A stretch of 42,288 nucleotides of DNA from a virus (lineage: Duplodnaviria; Caudoviricetes). Positions 18,902 through 29,379 of this stretch are shown in pieces (the stretch's first letter is position 1; every line of letters begins with the position of its first letter). A program made the translations under genes and the position numbers. The notes beneath the pieces were generated by a model. The model was given only the letters and a program-made list of their open reading frames with translations. It did no database searches and was not told the DNA's origin. The stretch covers positions 1 through 42,288 of the IMG/VR virus record IMGVR_UViG_3300046707_000144; one strand, given 5' to 3'.

Positions 18902-21900
18902 GGTGCCACCACTTCATTGGGCGAGTCGGGGAGAATGTCCGTAGACTCCCCAAACACCCCCTCAAGGCGCGCGTTGCCGAACGCGTGCGACCACTCGATC
19001 GCCGCGTGCAGATTCCACGCGCGCGCATGTCCGCGAGGGACTAGCGCACTGTTCTGGTACCCCATGGGCGCATCCACGTAACCCTTGGGCGCGTACACCC
19101 GCATATCCTCATAGGCATAGACAGGGTCCATGGATGACTGATAGCCAATGCGAACGTTCGTCCCGCCCACGAATACGGGGAAGGCTGAGATCACCGCGCG
19201 GTAATGCTTCTGCAAGCTCGCTGGCGCGATGAACGCCGCGGGGACCACCCGACACCGCAGCGCACGGAATAGAAAGCCCGCACCTGGCGCGAACGCACCC
19301 GTAGCGGTGGACTTGACGGGGATCACCGCGGTACTGGAGTTTGCAGTCTGAATCCAGACTTGCCCCGCGGCATCGATCAGAATGTCGCCCGCGAAAGTCA
19401 CACCCGGGGACGCGGAAAGCGTGGCTTGATTCAGCGCAGCGTCGAACGATGAGATCGTGACGGCGCGTTCGCGGTCCGCCCGATACTGTGAACTGATCGA
19501 ATTCGCGAGGGGGATATAGTTAGATAGCGCGGTTACCACGCCACCCGGCGAGCCTACCGAGTACACAAGTTTGTCGCTCCGGGAGAAGCGATTGACGGCT
19601 ACGCAATTTGTCTGATCGTATTTCCACGCGGTCCAGGCGCCCGTATTCTGATTGAACACCAGGAGCGGCAACGTTGCACCCGTGAGGAGCGTGTACTCAT
19701 TTTCGCGCTCAAACACCGCAGCGCATGACCCAAGGACTCCGTTTAGTTCGTACAGACCCGAGCTAAGAAAACGGGTCTGGATACCGTCCACGATGGGACG
19801 CAAAATATCGTTGACCGGACCCGAGACCAGCTCAACACCCGCGTCCCCAACGCAGACCACACCCTTGCGGGAAAGAAAGCACCCGCGCCCGAACAGCGGG
19901 CGGACACTATTGGGAAGTACGCAAATCGTGGTGGGATCGAACGGGTCAATGCGCCAAACCCCGTTGACCCCGGTAAGGCGCCAAATGCCATCCTCCTTGA
20001 GTACATAGATCGCGTCCCGCGTGGCTACGAGCCCCAACATCGCGTTTCGCTGGTCTCCTACAAATGCGAAGTTGAGCGCTGGCACGTGTTCGGGTTCGTC
20101 TGTTTTGGACCAATAGATCCCGCCCGGGAAAACGTCTTGCTCCCAAAGCTTCGGAGTACCCAAAAACAGCGGCAAGGGCGGGACGTACTCGGGACCGTGC
20201 GTTGCGCGAATGGTGTACGGGGCAGCTACGGGCGCACGCGTATCGGACACCACGGCAAAGGTGTAATCCTTGGCTTCGGGCGATGGGACGATCTGCGAAA
20301 CAGTGATGAAGTCCGTTCCGCCCAGTGAGTAGACATTGGCGAGCGCCCACGGATAGGCGTAGTTGTTCGTCCCGCCAAACCAAACCGTGTCCCGAAACTC
20401 AACACCGCCCGCTCCCGCGGCTGGCGCGGTAGGTGCCGCGGCAAGGGTCACGTTGACGCCAGCGATGGAAACGATCGTGCTGCGGAAGGTTGCGCCGAAC
20501 GTGGACAGAAACTCCATGCCGGGCTGCAGTCCCACATTCATGGCAGCGCTACCGAGCACAGCTACCGCGCTTCCCGCGGTCAGGGTTGCGGTTGCGAGTC
20601 GAAGGCCGATCCCATTGGCTTGGCCCGCGATGTTGGCGGTAGGGTCCGCGTTGAAACTTAGAACCTGTGTAGCGGGTCCGCGGGTGTTCCCAAAGAACAA
20701 TGCGCCCTTGAACCGCACCACAAGCGCGCACGCGGGCGGTTGATCGTTCGCCTGGATGATTCCACCCCGCGAAGGGGAGGTGTACAGGGTGGCCCCTCGG
20801 GACTCTTGCGGCACGGTATCGAGGAACACGACAAAGCCCGAATCCACGCGGCCCACTAGCTGCATTTCATCGTCAATCGTGGTGCCGATCGGGAAGGCGC
20901 GGGACCTGTAGATCTCCACGTACGGGTAAGGCATAGGCGTTCGCAGCCCACTGATCGTCAGGCTTACCGTACCCATGAGAGTCCCCGCGTCCGCGGGCAT
21001 GGTCACCTCATACGCGGCACTAGGCGCACTGCGCCGAATGAGTCCGGTCGCATCCTGACTGTACCCAACGAGCCGATAATTGACGTGGTACCCTCGCGGG
21101 AACCAAAGCTCCGGGGGATAGTCTTCGGGCAGAACGTCCCCCGGATAGAAGGCCGCCACATGCGCGAACGCTGGCGCGGGACCCACTACCGCATTGAAGT
21201 GGTGCGCGCCAATGTACGTAAGCGGGGGGAGCTGGCTGAAATACCACTTGTTCGTTGCGACAACACCGACCGTGGACAGATCCCCGTTTAGTTTGGTGTC
21301 ATCGTAGATCGCCAGCACGTCCGCAGCGCTAGGCGTACCGGTGCCCCCTGCGAACGCGATCAGGGTGGCGCTGCGCAGCGGTTCGGCCGGTGCGCCCGAA
21401 ATGGCGATGTTTCCCATCGTCAGCACGTCCAGGGGATCGGACGTTGGCGGCGCACCCGCGCCGGAGTTGAGTTGTACCCCGTCCACGTAAAGACGTCCCG
21501 TCCCCGCGCCTTGCGTGAATGTGACCACGTGCGCGCGCGAAACGTCCGAAGGGGGAATCGCAAAGCTGACGTCCGTGGCCACCCCGGCAACGAACCAGCG
21601 CATGCGATAAAAGCCATTGTAGAGGCTGAACTGATAGCCGTTCAGCGTTGCGCCCGTGCCGCGCGTACGGGACACCAGGCACTCCGTACCCGCGGGCATG
21701 GCATCTAGATTGAAATGGATGCTAAACCAGTACGCGGCGGACGGGACGGGACCTTGACCCGCTGGCAGTTGCAAAAGCGTGGTCGCGCTAAAAGAACCAA
21801 GCCCGTCATATTCGTACGGCGCGGGATATCCGTATCCGGGAACGCCCGAAGAGATCACGCTAGCGATAGGCAGTCCCGAGTTTTCCCAAGCTGTCGCGTT

Positions 21901-22263
21901 GGGGAGCAGACGCTTAACTCCAACGCCCGTGGGCTGGTACAGGATGCCGCGCGCTTCTGCCCGCGAGTCGATGTCTCGGCGCAGTCTGGTAAGGTCCGGC
22001 GTAATGGTCGCGCCTCCCGCTTCGCTATGTCGAAAGGGTCCAATCGCGTCCCGTACCAGATAGTCTTTACCGGCATATGAGTACGTGACCAGCTCCGAAC
22101 CATTCAGGTTCGGATCCAGCACTACCCCGTCCCGCGGTTCGATAGAGCGCGGGCGACGGATCACAACGTTCTGCGCTTCCACCAATGCACCGGGGGGCGC
22201 CTTGGATTCGGCGAGGTTGGTAAACAGCCCCTGAAAATCGGAGCGCTCATCCATGGCTGTCAT
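18898..22263 (-). CDS. Tail nozzle/DNA stabilization protein (P22 gp10-like beta-propeller) with inserted lectin-like domain
   Basis: FQGLFTN...PPGALVEAQNV N-terminus; FKGALFFG, IYWSK.DEPE and IYVLKEDGIWRLTG propeller motifs; HVVTFT...LYVDG LamG-like insert. Confidence 0.75.
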   Translation of the reverse strand: MTAMDERSDFQGLFTNLAESKAPPGALVEAQNVVIRRPRSIEPRDGVVLDPNLNGSELVTYSYAGKDYLVRDAIGPFRHSEAGGATITPDLTRLRRDIDSRAEARGILYQPTGVGVKRLLPNATAWENSGLPIASVISSGVPGYGYPAPYEYDGLGSFSATTLLQLPAGQGPVPSAAYWFSIHFNLDAMPAGTECLVSRTRGTGATLNGYQFSLYNGFYRMRWFVAGVATDVSFAIPPSDVSRAHVVTFTQGAGTGRLYVDGVQLNSGAGAPPTSDPLDVLTMGNIAISGAPAEPLRSATLIAFAGGTGTPSAADVLAIYDDTKLNGDLSTVGVVATNKWYFSQLPPLTYIGAHHFNAVVGPAPAFAHVAAFYPGDVLPEDYPPELWFPRGYHVNYRLVGYSQDATGLIRRSAPSAAYEVTMPADAGTLMGTVSLTISGLRTPMPYPYVEIYRSRAFPIGTTIDDEMQLVGRVDSGFVVFLDTVPQESRGATLYTSPSRGGIIQANDQPPACALVVRFKGALFFGNTRGPATQVLSFNADPTANIAGQANGIGLRLATATLTAGSAVAVLGSAAMNVGLQPGMEFLSTFGATFRSTIVSIAGVNVTLAAAPTAPAAGAGGVEFRDTVWFGGTNNYAYPWALANVYSLGGTDFITVSQIVPSPEAKDYTFAVVSDTRAPVAAPYTIRATHGPEYVPPLPLFLGTPKLWEQDVFPGGIYWSKTDEPEHVPALNFAFVGDQRNAMLGLVATRDAIYVLKEDGIWRLTGVNGVWRIDPFDPTTICVLPNSVRPLFGRGCFLSRKGVVCVGDAGVELVSGPVNDILRPIVDGIQTRFLSSGLYELNGVLGSCAAVFERENEYTLLTGATLPLLVFNQNTGAWTAWKYDQTNCVAVNRFSRSDKLVYSVGSPGGVVTALSNYIPLANSISSQYRADRERAVTISSFDAALNQATLSASPGVTFAGDILIDAAGQVWIQTANSSTAVIPVKSTATGAFAPGAGFLFRALRCRVVPAAFIAPASLQKHYRAVISAFPVFVGGTNVRIGYQSSMDPVYAYEDMRVYAPKGYVDAPMGYQNSALVPRGHARAWNLHAAIEWSHAFGNARLEGVFGESTDILPDSPNEVVAP

Positions 22264-23258
22264 ACGCGCCAGCCGCGCCGCACACGCGCACCGCTACGGG
22301 CGACGCTATTGCGGCTGATAACCTTCTCGCGATCGGACTTCACCCGCGGGCTGAGCATGTCCCGCGAGCGCGCCGCTTCGCCTTCCGCGAACGCTTCGTA
22401 CCGCTGCGCTAGCGGGACGTCTCCAATCTCGTTCAGGATATCCATTGCGATGCGCTTGGTCAGCGATACGCGCATTTCAAGCGGCAAGTGGACGAACCGC
22501 GTCACTCCGTACAGGCAGACGATATCGCCAATGGGGCTGAGCAGATTGACGTCTGCAAACGCCTCCGCGCCAAGTGTGATCGTGCTCGAGCCGCTATTGA
22601 CCGCGGTGATCCGCGCTCCATGCAGCTTGAACCGATACGGATAAAACTTGGATACGATGTCTACCCATTGGCCGACCTGGAACACGAACGAAGGGGCGGA
22701 CAACGTGAGCTGCGGACCGCCCACGTTCGTAAGGTTCGTGATTGCCGCAGTGTTTTGGTCCGATGCCGGTACAATCTGGCCATGGCGGCGCAGATAGGTG
22801 ATTTTGATCTTCCCGCCACTGCGGGGCGCAGGCAGGACGCGCACGCGCCCGTCTAGCAGCAAGTAAAAGGACGGGACACCTTGCCCGCTGTCTTCGTTAT
22901 AGAGCCCCTCTTGCCCTAGTGGAATGAGCTGTAGACGCAGGGGCGCGCCGCCATCCGCGCTTTGCCAGGTCACGGAATCGAGCGAGTCCGCTACCGCCAT
23001 GGGTGGGAGCTCAAACTCACTCCCGTCGCTGGTGATCGTTTGCGTGGCAACGTCCCGCGTAAGGAACGCAGCCATGCGCCCGTCCCGCGCGGTGGCGACT
23101 TGGTGCGTAGCCCAGTTCCAGATCGCATCGGTGGCGCGCCGATAGATCACCGCGGGCGTGTAGTCCACGGTCCCCGTTGCCGGAAAGCGGCAAGCCGCGA
23201 ACACCTCTTTTAAGAGATCGTCCGCGGTCCACTGCGCCATGTTGAAGTCAGTAGACAC
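22260..23258 (-). CDS. Head-to-tail adaptor protein
   Basis: Position between the capsid region and the nozzle; ELP..., VRVLPAP...KITY motifs. Confidence 0.65.
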   Translation of the reverse strand: MSTDFNMAQWTADDLLKEVFAACRFPATGTVDYTPAVIYRRATDAIWNWATHQVATARDGRMAAFLTRDVATQTITSDGSEFELPPMAVADSLDSVTWQSADGGAPLRLQLIPLGQEGLYNEDSGQGVPSFYLLLDGRVRVLPAPRSGGKIKITYLRRHGQIVPASDQNTAAITNLTNVGGPQLTLSAPSFVFQVGQWVDIVSKFYPYRFKLHGARITAVNSGSSTITLGAEAFADVNLLSPIGDIVCLYGVTRFVHLPLEMRVSLTKRIAMDILNEIGDVPLAQRYEAFAEGEAARSRDMLSPRVKSDREKVISRNSVARSGARVRRGWRV

Positions 23259-23270
23259 GCGGACTCTCCC

Positions 23271-23546
23271 TTACGCCAGCATGTGGACCGCTTGCTCTAG
23301 TTTGGCGATCGTCGCTTTGAGATCCGCCACAAGCACCTCCGGATCTTCGGCGGGTGGTTCCTCGCCTTCGATCGGTGCGGACGGTTCGCCTAGCTCATCG
23401 TCCATACCTTCGTCCATTTCGTCCCCGGGCCCGGCCATTAATGGCGCGGGCGCTTCGGACTCTCCGGATTCAGGCGCGGACCCGAGCAAGCTATCCACCG
23501 CTGCAGAGTCCGCTGCAGACTCATCCTCGCGTTTGGGTCGAATCAT
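23271..23546 (-). CDS. Acidic hypothetical protein
   Basis: ATGA coupling; Glu/Asp/Pro-rich with a C-terminal helix. Confidence 0.65.
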   Translation of the reverse strand: MIRPKREDESAADSAAVDSLLGSAPESGESEAPAPLMAGPGDEMDEGMDDELGEPSAPIEGEEPPAEDPEVLVADLKATIAKLEQAVHMLA

Positions 23547-24133
23547 GCGCTCGGCTCCAGGTTCGTCAGGAGATGGACAAGCGCCGCGCTAGTGAGCGTG
23601 GGCGCGGTTCCCGCACCTGGCGCAACGATGGCAAAGCTAGGTGCGTTGTCGGTGGTGATCACCGGAGTTGGAGCGAGCCCCGCGGGATAGCGCGGGGTCA
23701 GCTGCACAACGTTGGCAGGCGCGGGCAAGATCTCCGCGAAGTAGTACCCGCCCGCGTTGCTCGCCTTGATCGCAGCCAAGAGAGCCTGCGCTAGCGTGTC
23801 GTTCGTACCGCCGCGATCGAAGTCTCGCCCTTCGATCAGATCGATCGCCTTCCCCAGAATGGTAAAGGTGACCTTTTTCCCAGCCGCGCCACCGACAACA
23901 CAAGTAATCGTCCCCGTCGCACCGAACATGTTCGCCGCATGCTCGGAAATTGTCAGGTACAGATTGCCGGTGTGCGTACCGGAAACCAGGCCATCGATCA
24001 GGTTGTCGATCTGCATGGATGCGCGGCGCGCATGCCGGTAATCCAGCTCCGCGCCGCTCGTGATCTTGTCGCGGATCGAGATGTAGTCCCGATCCTTGAC
24101 CCTCACTAGGATTTGCAGCCAAGTGTCAGCCAT
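23543..24133 (-). CDS. Putative capsid-associated/decoration protein
   Basis: Immediately follows the major capsid gene; beta-rich. Confidence 0.55.
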   Translation of the reverse strand: MADTWLQILVRVKDRDYISIRDKITSGAELDYRHARRASMQIDNLIDGLVSGTHTGNLYLTISEHAANMFGATGTITCVVGGAAGKKVTFTILGKAIDLIEGRDFDRGGTNDTLAQALLAAIKASNAGGYYFAEILPAPANVVQLTPRYPAGLAPTPVITTDNAPSFAIVAPGAGTAPTLTSAALVHLLTNLEPSA

Positions 24134-24142
24134 GGCGGCCCC

Positions 24143-25459
24143 TTAGGTTGCGCTCGAACTAGAGTTGACGATCCCGGTCCACATGATCAATGCGCCGGGC
24201 AGGTCGCAGAAAAACGCGTTGTCCATGTAGATACGCGCCTCGATGCCCGCGGCGTTTTCCAGCTCGCGCAACATGCGGCCAAAGCCGGGCTGTTCGAACG
24301 TGAGATCCGTAGACCCAACGCGCATGCAGTTGCCGTCAGGCAGACCAAAGGCAAGGCCTTGCTTGACGTACTTATTCGGCTTGATCCGCATCTTGCCGGT
24401 TTGGCCTACGTACTCGATCGAGTTGTAGCCCATCGTGACCTTGCCCCCGCCCTTGTCCGTGTGGCGGACTAGAGCGGCCTGATCGTCGGCAAGATCCTGC
24501 CAGGTGTACGGGTTGACGTGGACGTTCAGCGTCCCCTCAAACCCGACGCTGGCGGACTTCGCGGTACCGGCCAAGATCTTCTCAAATGTCAGCTGACCGT
24601 TAACGTTCAGCGTCTGTGGCTTCCACAGATAGTAGCTGGAAACGTTGATACCCCAAAGGAGAGCCGTTGCGCGGCAAGCCCCCTCGATCCCGAGCTGCTC
24701 TTTCTGGAACGCGCCCGCGAATAGGATGATATCGCCAATCGCAGCCGCGGTGACGTTGCCAGCGATGGACGAGAACACCAGCGTACGCGTGAGCGGATTG
24801 AGCGACGTCAGGCGGTAGACGTTGTCGCCCGCGGCATCGGTGCCGAGTGTGTTTTTCTTGGTGGTCGCGGTGGTGTCGTAAAAGTCGTATTCCAGACCTT
24901 CCGACCCTGCCCAAACTCCCGTGCACCAAGAGTCCGTGGTAAGCGTGAGCGTAAGGACGGTACCCGCCGCACTCACGGTCGCGATCTTGCCAAGGTTGGC
25001 GGTTTGCGCCGCACCGCCACCGTACAAGATCCCCAGCTCGCGGAAGTAGCTCGCGGACTTGGTCAGGTTGACGAAAGTGTCTTTCGTCGCGTTGACGAAA
25101 GCCTTTCGATCGCCCTCTTTCGAGCCGGTTCCAGTCATCGCGCGGTTCATGACCGCGTAGGACATGGCGGAACGCAGAAGCAGCTCGTTACCCCGGAGCT
25201 TCGCCTTCTCCGTGACGCGCGCGCGGGGCTTGTTCAGCGCGAACACCGAACCGTCCGCGTTGAACGTTACGCCACCCTCGCGGGTGAGCGTGACTGGCAT
25301 GTGATACTCATCGCCTAGCCGTTCGCCGTTCGTAAATGAGCACTCTTTTGCCAGCTCATCCCCATCCGGGGTCAGATCCGAAACGCGCTTTGCATAGACG
25401 ATCTTGGTAAGGTTCTGGAACCTCCCAAAATCCATATTTTGGCCGAAACCCTGTGTCAT
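24143..25459 (-). CDS. Major capsid protein
   Basis: 438 aa, after portal and scaffold; strong GGAGGT RBS; HK97-like layout with an internal beta insertion. Confidence 0.82.
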   Translation of the reverse strand: MTQGFGQNMDFGRFQNLTKIVYAKRVSDLTPDGDELAKECSFTNGERLGDEYHMPVTLTREGGVTFNADGSVFALNKPRARVTEKAKLRGNELLLRSAMSYAVMNRAMTGTGSKEGDRKAFVNATKDTFVNLTKSASYFRELGILYGGGAAQTANLGKIATVSAAGTVLTLTLTTDSWCTGVWAGSEGLEYDFYDTTATTKKNTLGTDAAGDNVYRLTSLNPLTRTLVFSSIAGNVTAAAIGDIILFAGAFQKEQLGIEGACRATALLWGINVSSYYLWKPQTLNVNGQLTFEKILAGTAKSASVGFEGTLNVHVNPYTWQDLADDQAALVRHTDKGGGKVTMGYNSIEYVGQTGKMRIKPNKYVKQGLAFGLPDGNCMRVGSTDLTFEQPGFGRMLRELENAAGIEARIYMDNAFFCDLPGALIMWTGIVNSSSSAT

Positions 25460-25580
25460 CTGGCACCTCCGAAACGGTTCGCGTTTGCGGAGCCTTTCGA
25501 GGGTGCCAAGGGGAAGCGCGCCGGGTGGGGCGCACGTTCTTAGAGTCTCTTAGTGGCTCAATCGAGCTGAGAAAAGCTCC

Positions 25581-26729
25581 TTACCTACGGCCCTGCAAGA
25601 AATAATTTGGGTCCCGCATGCGCTGTGCATAGGGAACCTGATTCCAGTCCGTTCCCTTCCCGTTTGGTTTGGCGGGAGTACGGACTACGTCCCTAGCGGT
25701 GTTGGCAACCGGGGGCGGTTTACGATCTTGCACGTTGGGCGATTGCAGCGCCCTTGCCGTGGTTACGATCGCGTCCCTCACATCCGCGGGGGTGAGGGGG
25801 CGAAGCTTGCCGATCTCGTTAAGGATGGCCCGCGACATGGTCTGAAATTGCTCCGTGACCTTGGGGAAGCCCGCAAGCTTCATTCCCTCCGCGTAGCCCG
25901 GAGCCAGTAGCTTGCGCTTGGCCGCGGTATTCTCTTCTAGCGCCCGCGCGCGTTCCCAGTCTGCCCGTTCGCGCGCGTGAGCTTCTTCCTTCTCCCGCAC
26001 CGCGGTCATTTGGCGTTCGTGCTCAAAGCGGAGCTTTTCCTCCGGCTTCTCACGCCACTTCTGCAGATATTCCACCGCGTAGATCTTGGCAAACTCGTCC
26101 GCGACTTGCGGCGCGTGTTTCATGCACCAGTCGAGCATACCGCGAGGGTTGGTTAGGAATTGCTGCAGTTGCTGGACAGTGTTTTGTCGTTCCTCTAGCG
26201 CCCGCGAGGCCAGACCGAGCGCCTTTTCCGCGTTGCCGTTGACCTGGCCATACACGCGATCAAAGGTTTCCTTACGGATGAAGCCACGCACCGCGTCCCG
26301 CAGTGAAACCACTTCATCCTCACCGTTGACGCGGATTTTGAGGAACCGATCTTCGGGCAGATCCTTGACGTGGAGCGGCTTTTCTTTGGTGCCTTTGTCC
26401 TTGGGCCCGAATTGCGGCTTTTCCGGTTCGTCCGGTTCCGCTTCCGGTTGCGGCTCGGGATCCGGGGGGCGCGGCGTGTTTGTGGACTCGGTTGGGGGTT
26501 CGTCCGCAAAGTCTGATTCCTCCAGGTCGCTCGGCTGCGGCGTTTCCGGCTTGGGCGCCTTGGCTGGCTTGGCAGGCTTGGGTTTACCCGCGGACGTAGG
26601 CTCGGATCCTTCGTCCGGCGCATCTAGATCGAAGCCGTCGCCAATGCCCGCGAGGATACGATCCGCGGCGGATCCGGACGCGGGACCACTCGGGGCCGCG
26701 GGGCTTGGGGTTACGCTTGGTTCGCTCAT
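25581..26729 (-). CDS. Capsid scaffolding protein
   Basis: Disordered Pro/Glu N-terminus, KIRVNGEDEVVSL motif, coiled coil. Confidence 0.8.
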   Translation of the reverse strand: MSEPSVTPSPAAPSGPASGSAADRILAGIGDGFDLDAPDEGSEPTSAGKPKPAKPAKAPKPETPQPSDLEESDFADEPPTESTNTPRPPDPEPQPEAEPDEPEKPQFGPKDKGTKEKPLHVKDLPEDRFLKIRVNGEDEVVSLRDAVRGFIRKETFDRVYGQVNGNAEKALGLASRALEERQNTVQQLQQFLTNPRGMLDWCMKHAPQVADEFAKIYAVEYLQKWREKPEEKLRFEHERQMTAVREKEEAHARERADWERARALEENTAAKRKLLAPGYAEGMKLAGFPKVTEQFQTMSRAILNEIGKLRPLTPADVRDAIVTTARALQSPNVQDRKPPPVANTARDVVRTPAKPNGKGTDWNQVPYAQRMRDPNYFLQGRR

Positions 26730-28843
26730 ACAGGGGCTCCGGTTGGGTTGCTAGGCATGTTGGGAAGGTTCGGCGCGCCCGTGGGTGGTTCTTGCCCGGG
26801 CGGCATCGGGGGCGGACCGGGGGGCGGCCCTTCTTGGTCCACTGCGTTCGGGGTCTCTTGCGGGGGCGGACCGTTCTGCGGGGGCGCACCCGGCATCATT
26901 TGCGCCTGCATTGCCGCTTGGCCCGTAGCCATGGCTTGCGGCAACGGCTGCACACCGATGGCGGCCAGCATGTCTGGCGACTCGCGGGACATTTGCGACC
27001 ACAGGTTAAAGTGTTCCATCAAGTGGGTATTGATCACGCCCGCTAGGCGCTGGTCATACCGGGCTTTGGTATCCAGCTCCCCGCGGTGTTCCCGGATGTG
27101 CAGGCTGTGGTTATCCCAAAGCACCGCGTGCGGGGTTTCCCCGCGCAGCATCATTTCATTCTCGGCCTTGACGTTCGTCAGCTCGTTGATCGGGCCGCGG
27201 AACACCGGGCTAAGGTTGCCGGTCTCGATGATCTGCAGATACTCCCGCGGATCCTCAATCATTTTGTTCATCAGAAGATTGTCTGCAAGTTCCTTGCGCC
27301 CCGCGATGTTGCGTGAGAGCGCGGACGCTGTCTTGACGGCAACGCGCTGAACGTCTTGCAGATCCTCCGCTTTGAATGACTGCGCGGTCCACTGCTCGTC
27401 TTGCCCCGCGATGGAAACGAGCTGGTCCATCGTTGCCATGCGCTGATAGATGCGCAGAACGAAGGTCCCGATCGCTTCCAGGTTGAACGTATAGGCCCGT
27501 TCATCCGCGCTATTGAACTGGATCGCCATGGACTGCAGAAGCGCCGCCATGGAACCGGAGCTAATGTTTTCGGTCGGGTTGCCGCGGGTAACTGAGTTGA
27601 TCCCGGACAGTTCCTCCATCGCTTGCTTGAGACTGTCCGCAAACCCTGGCAGCTCACCGGGGATTGTCAGCAAGTCGAGCACACTCGGGGGCGGCGCACC
27701 TGGCGGGAACTTGAGGCTGTTCGCGCCCCCGAGATCGCCAGCTTCAAACTCTACCCCTTCTTGGCTGGCTACGTTCGGAACCCCGAACATGTCCACGCGG
27801 GACATGATCGCGGACACGCACGCGGTGAAAGCTTTTTGGATCGGTAGCTGTGTCCAACTGTTCCCGTAGGGGATGCACGTACCGACAAACTCAGCGGGGC
27901 AAATCCGGGTGATTGGCGAAACGTCCCCGTAGGGCATGGGCCCGTCCATCAAGATCAGGTCCGCGTTCGCCCCCGCAACGATCGATAGCCTTCCCTCCGG
28001 GCACGCTTTGGTGGGATTGGCGTAAACGTACAGGACGGGGATTCGGTCGCTTTCCTTGACGTGCTCGACGTCATAGGCCTGGACGCCGCACATAAGCTCA
28101 TCGTCCAGATCATGGTCTGCAATGCGTTCGGCCTTTTCAGGATCAGTTTCAGCAAAGTGCGCCACCCACGCCCAGCGATTCTCCATGCGGCGGAAAATCC
28201 ACCACGTAACGTCTGCATACTCACGCACCTGTTCGTGGCAGCACTCCCATGGCATGAGCACCGCGGCCCAAATGTCCCCGCGTCCGCCCGCTGCAGTGGG
28301 ATCCCAGCCAAGCGCCTGGAACGCAGCCCCGCACACGCCCGCGCCTTCGAATTGATCGTACAGCTTTTGATCGAAGCGCTTGGCGGACATGACGAAGTCC
28401 AGCAAGTTGCGGGTGAGCGAGACTTGGCGCGCTGCTTCCGCGCCACTCGTCCGCGCTTGCGGATCCCACGTTGGCCGATCGGCAGTCACTAGCGCGATTT
28501 GGTGTCTCAACAATCCGCGATAGTGATTGACGATCAACGCGAGGAATTCCCCGTTTTCGCCCGCTTCGAGAAGGGTAACCGCCGGTTCTGCAGACCCCTC
28601 CTCAATCCCATGGTACTGGCGGTAGGCCTGCATCACCGCGCTAGAAACCGGGGTGTTGTTCCGCCACAGATCCCCGAAGTCCCCGAAGCGATCGATCACC
28701 TCTTGCGCGTACGCATCGGAGTAATACGGGCGTTTGAGCCAGAACCGTTCCGAGAAGTCGAACGGCTTAGGCCGCTCGCCCTCCGCAGCGCCCCAATCTG
28801 CGCCGCGTACCAGCGCCTCCGTGGTGACTTGCGCGCCTAGCAT
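26726..28843 (-). CDS. Portal protein (P22-like)
   Basis: 705 aa, after the terminase; MEELSGINSVTRG...SG.A motif; Pro/Gln tail. Confidence 0.87.
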   Translation of the reverse strand: MLGAQVTTEALVRGADWGAAEGERPKPFDFSERFWLKRPYYSDAYAQEVIDRFGDFGDLWRNNTPVSSAVMQAYRQYHGIEEGSAEPAVTLLEAGENGEFLALIVNHYRGLLRHQIALVTADRPTWDPQARTSGAEAARQVSLTRNLLDFVMSAKRFDQKLYDQFEGAGVCGAAFQALGWDPTAAGGRGDIWAAVLMPWECCHEQVREYADVTWWIFRRMENRWAWVAHFAETDPEKAERIADHDLDDELMCGVQAYDVEHVKESDRIPVLYVYANPTKACPEGRLSIVAGANADLILMDGPMPYGDVSPITRICPAEFVGTCIPYGNSWTQLPIQKAFTACVSAIMSRVDMFGVPNVASQEGVEFEAGDLGGANSLKFPPGAPPPSVLDLLTIPGELPGFADSLKQAMEELSGINSVTRGNPTENISSGSMAALLQSMAIQFNSADERAYTFNLEAIGTFVLRIYQRMATMDQLVSIAGQDEQWTAQSFKAEDLQDVQRVAVKTASALSRNIAGRKELADNLLMNKMIEDPREYLQIIETGNLSPVFRGPINELTNVKAENEMMLRGETPHAVLWDNHSLHIREHRGELDTKARYDQRLAGVINTHLMEHFNLWSQMSRESPDMLAAIGVQPLPQAMATGQAAMQAQMMPGAPPQNGPPPQETPNAVDQEGPPPGPPPMPPGQEPPTGAPNLPNMPSNPTGAPV

Positions 28844-29083
28844 TTAGGCCCCCCAACGCGAGCCAGGACGGGCGCGCATCGTTTCGATCTGATTCTTGAG
28901 CGTGGTAACCGTGTGCTCTAGGTCCGCGATACGCAGGCCGGTGCTTGCGTGGTCTACAGACTCAAGCGCTGCGACCCGTGCCGCGATTGCGCGGTTCGAA
29001 TACGCCTGCGAAAGGCGGCGCCCCACATCCCAGATTGCGAGGATTGCGAGCGAGAAAAGCCAAGCCAACGCTAGCTGGTTCAT
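28844..29083 (-). CDS. Small membrane protein (N-terminal TM plus coiled coil)
   Basis: MNQLALAWLFSLAILAIW followed by heptad pattern. Confidence 0.65.
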   Translation of the reverse strand: MNQLALAWLFSLAILAIWDVGRRLSQAYSNRAIAARVAALESVDHASTGLRIADLEHTVTTLKNQIETMRARPGSRWGA

Positions 29084-29379
29084 CACTGCCCCCAAGTGCG
29101 CTTGCGATAGAGCTTGTCCATCGCGGAATGGATCCGGTTCATGCCCCACGACGCGCCGGACGGGCGCGCGTTCGGTTCGAGGTGCACTACCTCGCGGGCA
29201 GTCGCACCCTTGAGTTGCACCGCGTACCACTGTCCGGGGCTCGCGCCGGGGACGAGTGCAAACGCGTTGGGGATCTCAGCGAACGAAGTAACGGAGTCCG
29301 CGTCGTGTCCATTTGGAGTATCGCTTGACGCTGGATTCGCTGTGTCCGCTGAGATTTTCGGATCGGGTCGAGATGACAT
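29083..29379 (-). CDS. Hypothetical protein overlapping the terL 3' end
   Basis: AAGAGGA RBS; stop coupled to the next start. Confidence 0.6.
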   Translation of the reverse strand: MSSRPDPKISADTANPASSDTPNGHDADSVTSFAEIPNAFALVPGASPGQWYAVQLKGATAREVVHLEPNARPSGASWGMNRIHSAMDKLYRKRTWGQ

